DNA of 64,000 nucleotides from Octopus sinensis (lineage: Eukaryota), in the NCBI RefSeq assembly GCF_006345805.1, contig NC_043017.1, forward strand, positions 4,154,001 through 4,218,000, given 5' to 3'. Shown piece after piece: positions 40,501 through 53,000 of this stretch. The notes beneath the pieces are model-generated. The model was not told where the DNA came from and made no database searches. It saw only the letters and a program-made list of their open reading frames with translations. Numbering within the stretch: the stretch's first letter is position 1; each line of letters opens with the position of its first letter. A program made the translations under genes and the position numbers.

Positions 40501-43500
40501 ACTGGGGTCGACTTTGCCTTTAATCCATTAGGGGGTCAATAAAATAAATACCAGTTGAACACTGGGGTTGGTGTATTGACTTAACTCCTCCCCCAAAATT
40601 GCTGGCCTTGTGCCAAAATTTGAAACCATTATTATTATTATTATTATTATTTCAGGGTATATCAACATTGTGCGGTGCTGGAGATCCTCGTGCTAGGCAT
40701 GGTGCTGCCATCCACATCTACACCTGTAATACTTCCATGGAAAACAAGTACGGACTTTGCAAAAAAAACTCTTTTCTTTTTTCTTTCAAAATCCTGCTAA
40801 AATCACCATTTCATATCTTCTGTATCTGAGAAATCAACAAATCACTCGATCTACAAACTGTCTCAGACTAACAATCATCATAAACCTATTTTGTTAACAT
40901 CATTAAGATTTATAAACTTTCAAGATAACGTGGGATAATTCTCTTTTTTTCTCCTTTTTTCTTTGTTTTTTTCTTTTTTTTTTGAAATATAGGCTCTTGA
41001 GACAAACACATAAAGCTGTCCCAGGGGGAGCTTTTGACATTTTCTATCCAAAAGGGATTTTCAGCATAATGTTCTTGTGCCGTGATTTATAACTTTATGC
41101 AATGTACCTTGAGAGATTATATTCCCAAAATAGTATTAATCTATTTAATCTTTTAGTTTATCCATTCATCATCCATTTACATATTTGTTTATCTAATAAT
41201 CAACATCTGCACACTATGTATGTATGGTCAAAATCACACAGTGACTATGTATATAAATATATATCAGCGCCGCCTTGACAGGCTTCCATGCCAGTGGCAC
41301 GTTAAAAGCATCCACTACACTCACGAAGTGGTTGGCGTTAGGAAGGACATCCAGCTGTAGAAACACTGCCAGATCAGACTGGAGCCTGGTGCAGCCTCCT
41401 GGCTTCCCAGACCCCGGTCGAACTGTCCAACCTATGCTAGCATGGAGAACGGACATTAAACGATGATGATGATGATATAGATATATATATAGTTTTTTAA
41501 TGAAATTTTCAATTATTGAACAAAGATTTTTCTTTCCTTTTCCAGATGCTTCTATTCAGCTGATGGTGACCTCCTTATCGGTGAGTATAAAACCATATCC
41601 TTTTCCCTGGGCCTCAACTCCTGATAGAAACCTGAGGTACCAACATAACATACTCTAGTTATGATGGTACTGTAGACATAGAGTACCATGACAACACACA
41701 ATGTGTCTTCAACATTTTCAGCTTGGGAGCGCCCAAGCCTCCCCAGGTCTGAGCACAATTGGTTTCTTCCAGAAACAAGTAGAATCGACCCCAGTATTGG
41801 ACTGGTACTTTATTTATTGATATTATGTTTATCAACCTTAGGGATATTTGAACTCAGAGTAGGGCGGCGAGCTGGCAGAATCGTTAGCACGCCGGGTGAA
41901 ATGCTTTGCGGTATTTCGTCTGCCGTTACGTTCTGAGTTCAAATTCCGCCGAGGTCAACTTTGCCTTTCCTCCTTTCAGGGTCAATAAATTAAGTACCAG
42001 TTACGCAGTGGGGTCGATGTAATCGACTTAATCCGTTTGTCTGTCCTTGTTTGTCCCCTCTATGTTTAGCCCCTTGTGGGCAGTAAAGAAACAGATTTGA
42101 ACTCAGAGTATTTTCACCTCTGGGAAAAAGTGGTCCATATAAGTCTGGCTTCTAACTTGTTTAGCAGGAGCTTGGACTCCTCAGGCATTGAGACACAGAG
42201 ACATTGAGGCACTGAGGCACTCTCGGGGTCATTGAGGTACTCAAGCCAGCAAACTGCAACAAAGGCTGGATTTTGTAGCGGTCCCAATACACATGTCTGA
42301 ATAAAGAGCCAACTGATCGAGGTTCAATCCCACCTGCAGGGTATATTTTGTTCCTTTTCTCACTGTCACCTTCTTTTTTTTGTATCTTTATAGTTCCTGA
42401 AAAGGGGACACTGTCCATCACTACAGAGATGGGGAAAATGGTCGTAGAGAACAATGAAATCTGTGTTGTCCAGGTGAAGATTGACAATTATTAGTATTCT
42501 TGTGTTGTTGTTGTTGTGTTGTTGTTGTTGGTGGTGGTGGTGGTGAATACAATCAAATGAATAAATAACACAAAACTGTATTTCTTCTTTTTCCAGCAAG
42601 GTATTCGGTTCAGTGTTTCCGTTGAGGGAGAAAGCCGTGGTTACATCCTTGAAGTCTACGATGGACACTTCACCCTCCCCGACCCTGGACCAATTGGTGA
42701 GAAACAGTTTTCCTTTATTTCACTTTCGTCCCTTTTTTTTTTTTGCTTTAACTTCTTTGCTTTAACAATACTAAAAAAAAGGGGCACAAGAAAATCCCAA
42801 CAAATACAAAAAAAACCACCTAATAATGGGAACAGTTATACAGGACCAAACAAGGAACCCCCACAGGTGTCTGATTAGTTGCACAACATCAACCTCACTC
42901 TCTCATCCATGACCATCTTTTATTCAGTGGCAAGACCAGATCAAAACACCCGAGGATGAAGACAGATGCAGTGGGTGACCAAGATGTGTTGCTTGCCTCA
43001 TCTTGCTCTCTGCACTGCACAATGCATTGTTGCAGCTGCCTTCCCCACTGTTGAACCATGAAGGTTTCCTCCGCAGTGTCCACTGGATCCAGCAGACACG
43101 TGCAGAGGTAGGCAAGCCCCCAACTTCACACAGACTGACGAACTAATTAGAACGGATGACCCCTAATATTGTTTCAGGTCCCAATGGTTTGGCATACCCA
43201 CGGGATTTTTTGACCCCTGTTGCATGGTATGACGAGAAGGATGTAAATGAATTCACAGTCGTGAGCAAGTACCAAGGACACCTGTTTGCAGCTGTACAGG
43301 TAAGTTGTACTTTATTGTATCTACTCTAAGGCACATGGTCACGTGGTTAGAGTATTCAACTCAGGATCATGATATTGTGGGTTCAATTACTGGACTGGGT
43401 GACGTGTTGTGTCCTTGGGCAAAACACTTCATTTCATATTGCTCCAAATCTACTCATTTGAAAAGGAGTACCAACCAAGTGCTGTTGGTGCATCTCTCTC

Positions 43501-46500
43501 TCTCTCTCTCTTTCTCTTTCTCTACTCTCTCTCCCTCTGCTCTCTTTCATCTTTCTATCTTACCTCCCTCTTTTCTCCCACCCTCTCTCTCCCAAACATT
43601 AACAATATGTTGGAAGTATTGAATCAAAAGGATTTAACTTTTTTAATTCTATCTCTTCTCACCACATAAACTCAGTTTTTTAATGGCAAACCCAAAAGTA
43701 CCAAAACAAGAACTAGTCAAAAACTAGCATCAGTGTGATTGACTGCCCTTCTGTCAAATTTAAGGCTTTGTGCCTATAGTAGAAAGGAATATTAAACCCT
43801 TCAGTTGTACCTGCTCTGCCTTATGAAATAACCTCTTTTCCTCTACTATATCTACATATCTACTCTATCATAAGGCAGCGAGCTGGCTGAATTGTTAGCA
43901 CACCAGAAGAAATGCTTAGCAGTATTTCACCTGTCACTACATTCTGAGTTCAAATTCCACCGAGGTCGACTTTGCCTTTCATCCTTTCAGGGTCGATAAA
44001 TTAAGTACCAGTGAAACACTGGGGTCGATTGTAATCGACTCGCCCCCTCCCCCAAAATTCCAGGCCTTGTGCCTTTAGTAGAAAGTATATCTACTCTTGC
44101 ACCTGAGCACTGTACACAATTATTATTATTATTATTATATCCATGGTCATGTCTGCTCTGTCTTATGAAATAATGCCTCACCCTGTTACATCTGCTCTGA
44201 ATTATAAAAATTATTAAGACTCCCCACCACTTTTGTATGCTCTGTTGTATTTCTGCTTCCAGGACCATTCCGTATTTGATGTGGTAGCTTGGCATGGTAA
44301 CTATGCACCTTACAAGTACAACCTCAGCAACTTCATGGTTATAAATGCTGTCGCATTCGATCATGCTGTGAGTCTCTTTATTTCTCTTCCTTTTGTTTTC
44401 CTTTGTTGAACAAATAAAAATGTCCAAAGTTGGTCGGTGGGTCCCTCATCATCTAATTACTTCTCAGCTTAATTAAAAAAAGGTTGTCATCTGCTCATCA
44501 TTGAAGGGTCGTCTTGCCACAGAACAACCTTTCATGACTAGAATCACCACAAGCGATGAGAAGTAGGTTCTCTACAATCATATCCAAGGAAAACAGCAAT
44601 TATTAGCATCCAATGTAAAAGGAGAACCCATTCCTAAACCAGGAGTACAGCCAAAAAAAGTTACACTCTCTGTTTGGTGGGATATGAAAAGTGTTGCCTA
44701 TCGTGAAATATTAAACCAAAATAAAAAAGTCAATTTGAAGAAATATTGTTATTAGTTGGAAGTTTCACCCAAATATTTTCAGAAAATGCTTCTATCATTG
44801 GTCAATCATAAAGGAGTCTTGCTTTCACACAATACAGCAAGACCTCATATTGCCATAAGATTATGGTTCCAAATAAAGACATTTTGCTTCATCCTCCTTA
44901 ATCTCCAGGTCTTGATTATTGTTATAAACCCAAACTAGAATATCAAAATTTAAAAGGTTTTAATTGACTGAAAATACAGCAATATACAATACAAACAAAG
45001 ATTGCTAAAATTGTAAGCAAAACCAAACTTCAATGCAATAACATTTTTATGCAGCAAGTTGCTGCATTCTCGACTAACTAAAATCAGCGCTGAACCCGTC
45101 TTGCCGCAAACAGAACAGAACTCCATGTAGTCACACTGCAAGCATATAACAGCAATCAAGACAATCAAAATCATGTGATCAATACTAAAATCACAACATT
45201 TATATAATGTTCAAATCATTGCAACATCATATAAAATGAAAACGGTTTATCAATTGTGAAGAGGTTAAGAATGGTACAGAGTGCTTCTCTGCTTTGAAAC
45301 CTGAAAAGTTTTATGCCCACGAGATGAACAATTCACCATAGATGGGACTGTGTTATAAAAAATAAGGGGAAATATTATCTTGTGTGACCAAAGAAGTGTC
45401 TGTTTATTCCCATCTTAGAATGCCACAAGACTTCCTTCCTTTCCAACCTCATATATACATGTTGCCTTGAACAAACGTAAATGGTAAATAAGATCTGCTA
45501 TTCTATTGTTTTCCTTTCTTTCCATTTATACCATCCTTTTTCTGTTACAGGATCCATCAATCTTCACAGTATTGACATGTCAGTCTCAAAAACCAGGAAC
45601 GGCCATTGCAGACTTCGTTATCTTTCCTCCACGTTGGTCTGTTCAAGAACACACTTTCAGACCACCGTATTATCACCGTATGTACACAGACTTATCAGTA
45701 TTATTTCTTTCCCCTTTTTTCTCCAGCCCAGCATTCATAAAGTCGGTTACCCGGTCCCCATGGACTACGGGTGATTGGGATCCTGGGGTCACAACGTTTC
45801 TCCTGAATAGAACACCGAACCATCGCAGGGTTCGAGGATAGCAATTTTTGAGGAGATGGAAGGGCATCGACCACAGTATTTGACTTGTACTTTATTTTAT
45901 CGACACCAAAGGGATGAAAAGCAAAGGTTGACCTGGGTGGGATTTGAACTCATAATAAAAACATAAAAAGTCAGAAGAAGTGCTGCTAAGTATTTTGTCC
46001 GATGCGCTAACGATTCTCCCAATTTGCCGTCTCCACCTAAACACACGCACACACACATATTTGCTACGTATAATCCTCTGGGTGAAAAACAGCGTGCAGA
46101 ATCGTACACAGCAATGAACTCTGACCTTGCGATCCTATTACTGGTTAACTCAAATTTGTACAAAAGAAAAAGAGAGAGAATAAAAGAGAAATAGAGAAAA
46201 TTATGTTGAGAATTAAGGGTGCGTCAATTACGGCGCAAGGGAAGTAACTGATGTTGTGTTTAAAGGCACAGAATATTACATTGCAATCAATATTGAATTT
46301 TCTTGCGTAAAGCGACTTTAAAATACCTTTCAGTGAGTGTAGATATATGAAACATAGGAAATCTGCTTTTTCCACAAAACGTTCTTATTATAAGACAGGG
46401 ATGTATTTTATACACAAGAAGAAAAAAACGGCATCTTTAAAATAAATGTATTCATTGGGTGGTTTTCTAGTAAAACAAACGAGTCTACACCATCTCAGCT

Positions 46501-46927
46501 TCAAAAAAAAATTTGGGGTGGTGAGAACATAGCCCTGTAGGGCAGAACGGATGATACAAAGAGGAATCGCTGTATTTAAGCAAATTTTTTTTGCAATTTT
46601 TAGAACAATTTTATGGGGAAAATATGAAACTATTTTCACAGGTTTCACGATTTACCTCCCTTTCACTGTTAAGTCACTGTGTATTTGCACACACGCAATT
46701 GACGTTTCCACGTGCACACACACACACGTACATATACACAGGAGTATGTATGTATGTATATATGTGTTTATATATATATATATATACACACACATATATA
46801 TATATATATATACAAATACATATATATATATACGTATGTATTTATGTATGTGTATTATATAGATATGTATATTAGATATATGTAAATAACATATATATAT
46901 ATATATGTATGTATATATGTATATATA

Positions 46928-46958
<31 letters not shown>

Positions 46959-47699
46959 GAGTGTTTGCATGTCTGTGTTTGTCCCCCCTCCCACCATCGT
47001 TTGACAACCGATGCTGGTGTGTTTACGTCCCCATAACTTAGCAGTTCAGCAAATGAGATCGATAGAATAAGTACTAGGCTTACAACGAATAAGTGCTGGG
47101 GGGGGGGGTCGATTCATTCGACTAAAGGCGGTGCTCCAGCATGGCCGCAGTCAAATGACTGAAACAAATAAAATAATAAAAGAAAGGAAACATTAAAGGA
47201 TATACACACACACACACACACAACACACACACACACACATGCCTATCTATATTTATATCTTTCTTTCTATATACATTTTACAGGTAACTGCATGTCAGAA
47301 TTCATGGGACTGATTAAAGGGGCTTACGAAGCAAAGGTAAGCATTAATTTACAATTTTCCTCTACCTGTATCCTGCCTGTGTTGCAAACTGACCATCTAC
47401 AGTCAAAATTTATGATCATTAACTTATGTCTAATTAATGATTAAATTACCATTTATTAAATAACCATAAGAGGATGTGATGTTTTAAACCTGGATCACCA
47501 TTGCTCAAGGAGACCTCCGAATTCAAAGGCTTTCCAGTCATGACAATCCAGTCTTTCTTCCAGGATCAGAGTACACTTGACTACATTATATAATGTGAAA
47601 TTGTGTTTGTTTGTAAGATAGCAAGGTATGGCTCAAGAATCTGGCCATCAGACGGCCACCAGACGGAGAAACTATGCAGATGGTCCTTTGTTGGTTCAA

Positions 47700-47745
<46 letters not shown>

Positions 47746-47874
47746 TGCGGCAGATGTATTGTGTGTGTGTGTGTTTGTGTGTATGTACCTTTGTTTAGAC
47801 ATTACATGATGGTTGTAAATGAACAAGTCTTTGACAATTCCAGAGTGTTGAACTTACATTGTGCTGAATTTTGG

Positions 47875-47945
<71 letters not shown>

Positions 47946-49167
47946 ATATGATATTTATATATATTATATGTTCGTCTTTTTTTTTGTTTGTTCCTTCTCA
48001 AGCCACGCCTGGCTCATAAGGGCCGGTTTCCTGGTTTCCTTGACATATAGGTTCCCCACCTGGATGGGACGCCATTCCATAATAGGTGAGCTGCAAGATG
48101 CAGGAGGAAAGAGTGAGAGAAAGTTGTGGCGAAAGAGTCAGCAGAAGTTCGCCATTACCTTCTGCCGGAGCCGTGTGGAGCTTAGGTGTTTCGCTCATAA
48201 ACACACACACACACATATATATATATTATATATATATATATATATATAATATATATATATATATATAATTATTATGCAATATAATCTATAAACTCTCTTT
48301 GTTTTGTCAACAGGAGTCAGGCTTCCTCCCCGGGGGAGGATCCTTGCACAGCATGATGACACCCCATGGACCTGATGCTGAATGTTTTGAGAAGAGCTCA
48401 ACAATGGATCTGAAGCCAATAAAAATTGCTGAGGGAACAATGGTGAGTTATTAGTCTGATCTGTCACAGCTTCAGTGAGATGAAAAGAGGCTGTGCATGG
48501 CATCTATGACCAGTGATAGCAGGAGAAACAAAAACCACAGGTCATAGCTTGCTGTGGTAGGAAAGAGTTCGTCAATATACGGAATTATATTCAAAGGGGA
48601 AATACGGTTAGAACATTTGCAACAGAGTCAATTCTGTTAATGTTATCAAAGTGCCAAGTGGTGGCATCAATCTGAACAACTGATTATATCTATCATATAA
48701 TTTTTACAAAGTAATATGGTAATGATAGTTATTGTTTTGGGAAGGGAATGTTAAATTTGATGTTGGTGTTGGGGCTACAACCCCACAAGAAAGAGTATGA
48801 TTGTCTGGTAACTTAGGATTGAGATTGAAATCCCTTGCCAAGATTCATTCAGATGCAGTACATTCACACCCCTGCTACACATACTGTCTGACTGGATTGT
48901 GTGTATGTATGCATATATATATATATATATATATACTGTCACCGGACAGTAAATCAAAATTCCATAAATACTTAATATTCAATTTTATTTATTCATTCTA
49001 ATTAGGAATGTTTAATAATTGAATGCAGTGAGTTAAAATCACCGTTTTTTTCTCTTCAACATTTGTCTATCAATTAGTGAAGTCCCATATAAAATAATTT
49101 TTTGTTTTAATCTTGGAATTAAATGGTTTTGATTTACTGTCAGTTGACATTTGGCCAACCCTGTATA

Positions 49168-49238
<71 letters not shown>

Positions 49239-49537
49239 GTATTAAGCTTGAAAGCAAATTTCCTGTGCTGTTCATCCAGAGATAACATATATTCTCATTT
49301 ATAGAATTATTTAATTTGTTTGTTGTATGATAAGTTTTGTAATTATTCCTGATTCAATTGAAATATTTTCTATGTTGTTAATCCTTCTGTTCCCGATATT
49401 GTTCACAGGCATTTATGTTTGAAAGTTCCCTGAGTTTGGCACTAACCAAATGGGGTAATGACACTTGTCATAAGGTGGACAATGAATACTTCAGGTGTTG
49501 GCAGCCAATCAAGAAGAATTTCAAACCCGTGTTGTAA
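27092..49537 (+). CDS. HGD: Homogentisate 1,2-dioxygenase, 438 aa
   Basis: join(27092-27109,37252-37323,38157-38245,38793-38898,40055-40114,40656-40747,41546-41580,42394-42473,42597-42696,43178-43299,44263-44367,45551-45677,47284-47336,48314-48442,49409-49537) = 1317 nt. Motifs [82 protein letters not shown]. Confidence 0.97.
27195..27395 (+). repeat. Old dispersed repeat (CTGCTAGAAATAGCAGCCAAATC...GGATGGTCACGGCTGGAATGCCTTTGATC...AACAAC)
   Basis: Degenerate copies recur near 5230, 10190, 11575, 12400, 15710, 21480, 27555, 28805, 47520 and 58685. Confidence 0.6.
28060..28289. mobile_element. piggyBac-type MITE of the same family, opposite orientation
   Basis: TTAA CCCTTTCGTTACC...GGTAACGAAAGGG TTAA. 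Confidence 0.82.
30258..30780 (+). mobile_element. tRNA-derived SINE, family C (two tandem copies)
   Basis: Head GGCGCAATGGCCCAGTGGTTAGGGCA...GGTTTCAATTCCCA; other copies at about 1715-2100(-), 14228-14445 and 47990-48200(-). Confidence 0.8.
36736..37066 (+). mobile_element. Non-autonomous Helitron-like element
   Basis: A|TC(TCTATATATATAAA)...CTAG|T termini, no TSD; a second partial copy is inverted at about 53175-53285. Confidence 0.65.
37252..37323 (+). CDS. HGD: HGD exon 2
   Basis: [24 protein letters not shown], 72 nt. Confidence 0.95.
37750..38090 (-). mobile_element. tRNA-derived SINE, family D
   Basis: Head GTGAAGGCACGTGGCTCAGTGGTTA...GAGTTCGATTCCC; second copy at about 49670-49945. 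Confidence 0.75.
38157..38245 (+). CDS. HGD: HGD exon 3
   Basis: [24 protein letters not shown], 89 nt. Confidence 0.95.
38793..38898 (+). CDS. HGD: HGD exon 4
   Basis: WLYRMRPS...PNPNQ, 106 nt. Confidence 0.95.
40055..40114 (+). CDS. HGD: HGD exon 5
   Basis: MRWKPFDIP...DFVQ, 60 nt. Confidence 0.95.
40656..40747 (+). CDS. HGD: HGD exon 6
   Basis: [11 protein letters not shown]...CNTSMEN, 92 nt. Confidence 0.95.
41546..41580 (+). CDS. HGD: HGD exon 7
   Basis: [11 protein letters not shown], 35 nt. Confidence 0.93.
41862..42093 (+). mobile_element. tRNA-derived SINE, family B
   Basis: GGCGGCGAGCTGGCAGAA...GAGTTCAAATTCCGCC plus core GCCTTTCATCCTTTCGGGGTCGATAAA. Other copies at about 2690-2968(-), 6540-6745, 7970-8175, 14850-15240, 23030-23230(-), 29083-29315, 29560-29886(-), 39593-40010, 40415-40650, 43873-44085, 60007-60238 and 62338-62535. 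Confidence 0.85.
42394..42473 (+). CDS. HGD: HGD exon 8
   Basis: [16 protein letters not shown]...NEICVVQ, 80 nt. Confidence 0.95.
42597..42696 (+). CDS. HGD: HGD exon 9
   Basis: QGIRFSV...[18 protein letters not shown], 100 nt. Confidence 0.95.
43178..43299 (+). CDS. HGD: HGD exon 10
   Basis: [18 protein letters not shown]...KYQGHLF, 122 nt. Confidence 0.95.
44263..44367 (+). CDS. HGD: HGD exon 11
   Basis: [21 protein letters not shown]...AFDHA, 105 nt. Confidence 0.96.
44425..45380 (+). mobile_element. Degraded mariner transposase relic in HGD intron 11, interrupted near 44915-45290
   Basis: Decayed WVPH.L, T.DEK, KKV.LSVWWD, H.NTARPH and HPP*SP.L motifs in the expected order. Confidence 0.7.
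45551..45677 (+). CDS. HGD: HGD exon 12
   Basis: DPSIFTVLT...DFVIFPPRW...HTFRPPYYH, 127 nt. Confidence 0.96.
47284..47336 (+). CDS. HGD: HGD exon 13
   Basis: [18 protein letters not shown], 53 nt. Confidence 0.95.
48314..48442 (+). CDS. HGD: HGD exon 14
   Basis: [19 protein letters not shown]...IAEGTM, 129 nt. Confidence 0.96.
49409..49537 (+). CDS. HGD: HGD exon 15 (last coding exon)
   Basis: [10 protein letters not shown]...[13 protein letters not shown]. Confidence 0.95.
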   Translation, partial: AFMFESSLSLALTKWGNDTCHKVDNEYFRCWQPIKKNFKPVL

Positions 49538-50033
49538 GAATTCAACCAGTAAGTAATCATGTTTCTTCGCGTTGTTTTTAGCCTAGCTCTGTTTTTAATA
49601 CTTCAGTCAATGAGAGAAATAAAATACTAATTTCTTGACCAGTTAGCATTCACGTTACTCGTTTTTTGAGACCCTCTTTGGTCATGAATAACCATGGGAT
49701 TGCACCTAACAAGTTACCCTTCCCAGGCTCAAGTCCGGGCAAGGTTGTTTATGGAAGACCAGCAGTCGCCCGTGCATGCCGGCCTCCCCTCTCAGTGCCA
49801 CCGATGTTATCCAAGGGAAAGGCAAAGGGGCTGATACAGCTTGGTACCAGTGACTTTGCAACTCATTTCTACAGCTCAAGAACACAACAGTCCGGTCTGG
49901 GATTCGAACTCACAACCTCGTGATCATAAGCTCATGCACCTTCACTCTCTCAAACGTATTCCCCTTTGTTTTGAATTAATCAGGCATTACCTTGTACCTT
50001 GGTAGAAGGAGACTAAAAGATGCTTGCCATTTG

Positions 50034-50072
<39 letters not shown>

Positions 50073-53000
50073 ATGTGCGTGTGTGTGTGTGCGTGTGTGT
50101 GTGCGTGTGTATGTGTGTGTTTGTGTGTGTGTGTGTGATCTTCATATCATCTTTTAATGTCCATTTTTCATACTGGCATGGGTTCGATGGTTTGATAGAA
50201 GCTAGCAAGGCTTACAAAGAATAAGTCCTGGGGTCGATTTGCTCGACTAAAGGCGGTGCTCCAGCATGGCCACAGTCAAATGACTGAAACAAGTAAAAGA
50301 ATAAAGGAAAATACTTTTTTGTATTTGGTTTGCAAGATTCTTTACACCAATGTTAATAACACACACACTGCTTCAATTCTTCTCCTTAATTGATTATGTC
50401 AATTGAATAAATAATCTATCCAACGAATTAGTCATTTGTTTAATTTGTTGGTTAAACAATCAGTCACTTGTTTGTTTTTCTGTTGTTTTCTTTTTTAACA
50501 AATTTCTTTCATTGCCATTTGCAACCTTTTCAGCGATTTCTCTCAATTTAACCAAATAACTAATAATAAAGAAGTGGAATTGAACCTGTGTGTGTGTGCT
50601 GTTGATATTAGCATAATGCCCCTTCCTAGATACAACAAAATACATAAACTTTACTGTAATTTTCATGCTTTTGCTAACCATTCTCTCTGATTATAATTTC
50701 TCTTTATTTTATTGTTGCAGTTGATGTGGCACAAAGCATTCGGAAGCAGTCAATATGAATTGCTTTTAAGACCACAATTTTCCTGGAAACTTCCATGGCA
50801 GCTATCCTGATATTTTATAATTTTACTTTAGCAAACGTGTGAGATATTTGTGGTATTTTGTTATTTCTTAATAGTAATATCTGATAAAATTCTATTATAT
50901 GATGTATTTTGTCTCTCTGATAAAACTCTTCCAAGATAGACTTTCCAACTTCATCCTCCCGGAATTAATAAAATTAAGGCACCAGTCAAGTGCTAGGACT
51001 GATTTCACCAACTCTACCCCTTCTCCTTCTAAATATATGGTTAACAATGTTATTCAGCCAACATTATTATCAAATTTATTTAAAGATCCTTAACATTTTT
51101 TTCTGGAATCTTCAATAACAGCTGTTCTTTTAGTGATGTTCATAAAATTTGTATAACTTTTTGTCAAAATTTATAAACTTCCCTGAAAAGTAATTTCTGC
51201 CAGAATGACCATGCCTAGTTTTCTCAGACCCTGGTTTTTATTAGGGTTCCTTCCAAATAAATGAAAAAAAATGTCTTTTTCTTTTATATGGCCCAAATAA
51301 ATTTTTTTCTTTTTGTATGTGTAGTGGAAGTATACATTACTTACCTGTTACATAATAATACTTTATATTATGATGATAATAATAGTAATGTTAGATGGTA
51401 TTTTATATATCAAACTAGCTTAAGCACCTGGGTTTCTTAATACCTAACTAAATGCAATCACATAGATTCACTAAACTTCAGATAAATTACTTTTAAAAAT
51501 CGTTGTAAATTTTCAGTTGTTCTACAAATGTTGATTTATTTGGAATCATTGAATCCAAGCAATTCCTTTCTTAGAAGTTGTGAGAAATAATCACATGGTC
51601 TTCTTGAGAAAAATGTGTCCCCTATGCAAAATTTCAGGGACCTTGGCAAGAAACCGTAGCATAATTTTCATGTTTCAAAACTGATGACAATATTAATGAT
51701 GTTATATGAAGCTAAATATTTTAGATAAAGATAATATCTAATATGAATGATGACCAATCACAATAATATTTTAAAGATTTAAATTTTATTTTATAAGGAT
51801 TATAGGAGATTTGGCTGTAACAAATTTACATAATTCTGAGAAATTCTTGATTTTTGAGATACCAACACCAATCCTTTTTCAATTGGCAAAAATATAAAGA
51901 AAACTCACATTGGAACACTTTCAAGACAACAATCTTTCTTTTACTTCAAAATTTGATTTAAAAAATCTTTCATCATGGAATCTTCTTCGGCAGCTAATAT
52001 ATATTTCATTTTTATCTTTGAGAGATGATTCAAATTTTTGGAGTTTTGACAATATTTTGACATTAAAACCAAAGCAGTATAAAAATTATTTATTTTAATA
52101 AAATCTTCCATGTGGTTAATTCTTTCACCAAATTCTTTAAAATAAAGATGCTTAAGTCTAGTAAAACTGGTTTAAAATCCTTTTTTATGTGAAACCTGCT
52201 CACGGCTTTACAATATAAACTCTTTAATCTTAAAGTGTTTATATTTACATGAAAATCTGATATGATAATTTATGAATCTTTTGCTAAGAAGAGTTTCAAA
52301 CATCAGATTAGTATAATAATAAATATGAAACTTGGTCATTTTACAGAACCATTTTATTTTCTTAATTAATTTCAAATTAATTGGAAAATTTAGATATGTT
52401 CAAACTCATCTTGTGCTTTATAGAATCTCCAACAAGCATTTAAAGGTTTTTACTAAATTTTGTAACACTTAACAATTTTCAAGATAATTAATTTGGTTTA
52501 AAATCACCTGTTTTTCATAGAATTTCTCATAACAGTTGCTTCACCAAATTTAATGACATCTGAAATATTTTTAAGTTTAGTAAAAATGGTTATTTAAAAA
52601 ATCATTCCAGTCTTTATGGAACCTTCACTGGCAGCTATTTCATTTCTTTTATCAAATTTGATTTTTTTTTCTGTGGGTTATTTTTTTCTAATCTTACAAG
52701 AATTTCTAAATTTAGATTTTCAAATAAGGTTTTATCATAATTTTGTTTTTCAAAGACTTCTTCTTGTTAACAGATTTCTTTTTTTTTAGTTAAAACCTAA
52801 AAATATTTTCCCAAAGAACTCCATATAAAAAATGGTTCACAAAAAACTCTGTTACCTTCCACCAAACTGTTTTTTATTTGATTTCTTTTGTTTTTTATAT
52901 TTTTAAAATATTTCCTAAGTTTAATTTTCTTTCTCTAAGAAAAATAGATATTATCAATATTAATCACTAAAAGGATTTATCAATAAAATAAAATCTAAAA

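Noticed and set aside
42175-42245. Short degenerate 9-10-bp tandem repeat (CATTGAGGCA-like)
   Set aside because: Too short and decayed to imply a function
46210-46665. Possible TTAA-flanked DNA element (Kolobok-like)
   Set aside because: The terminal repeats are too degenerate to support by eye
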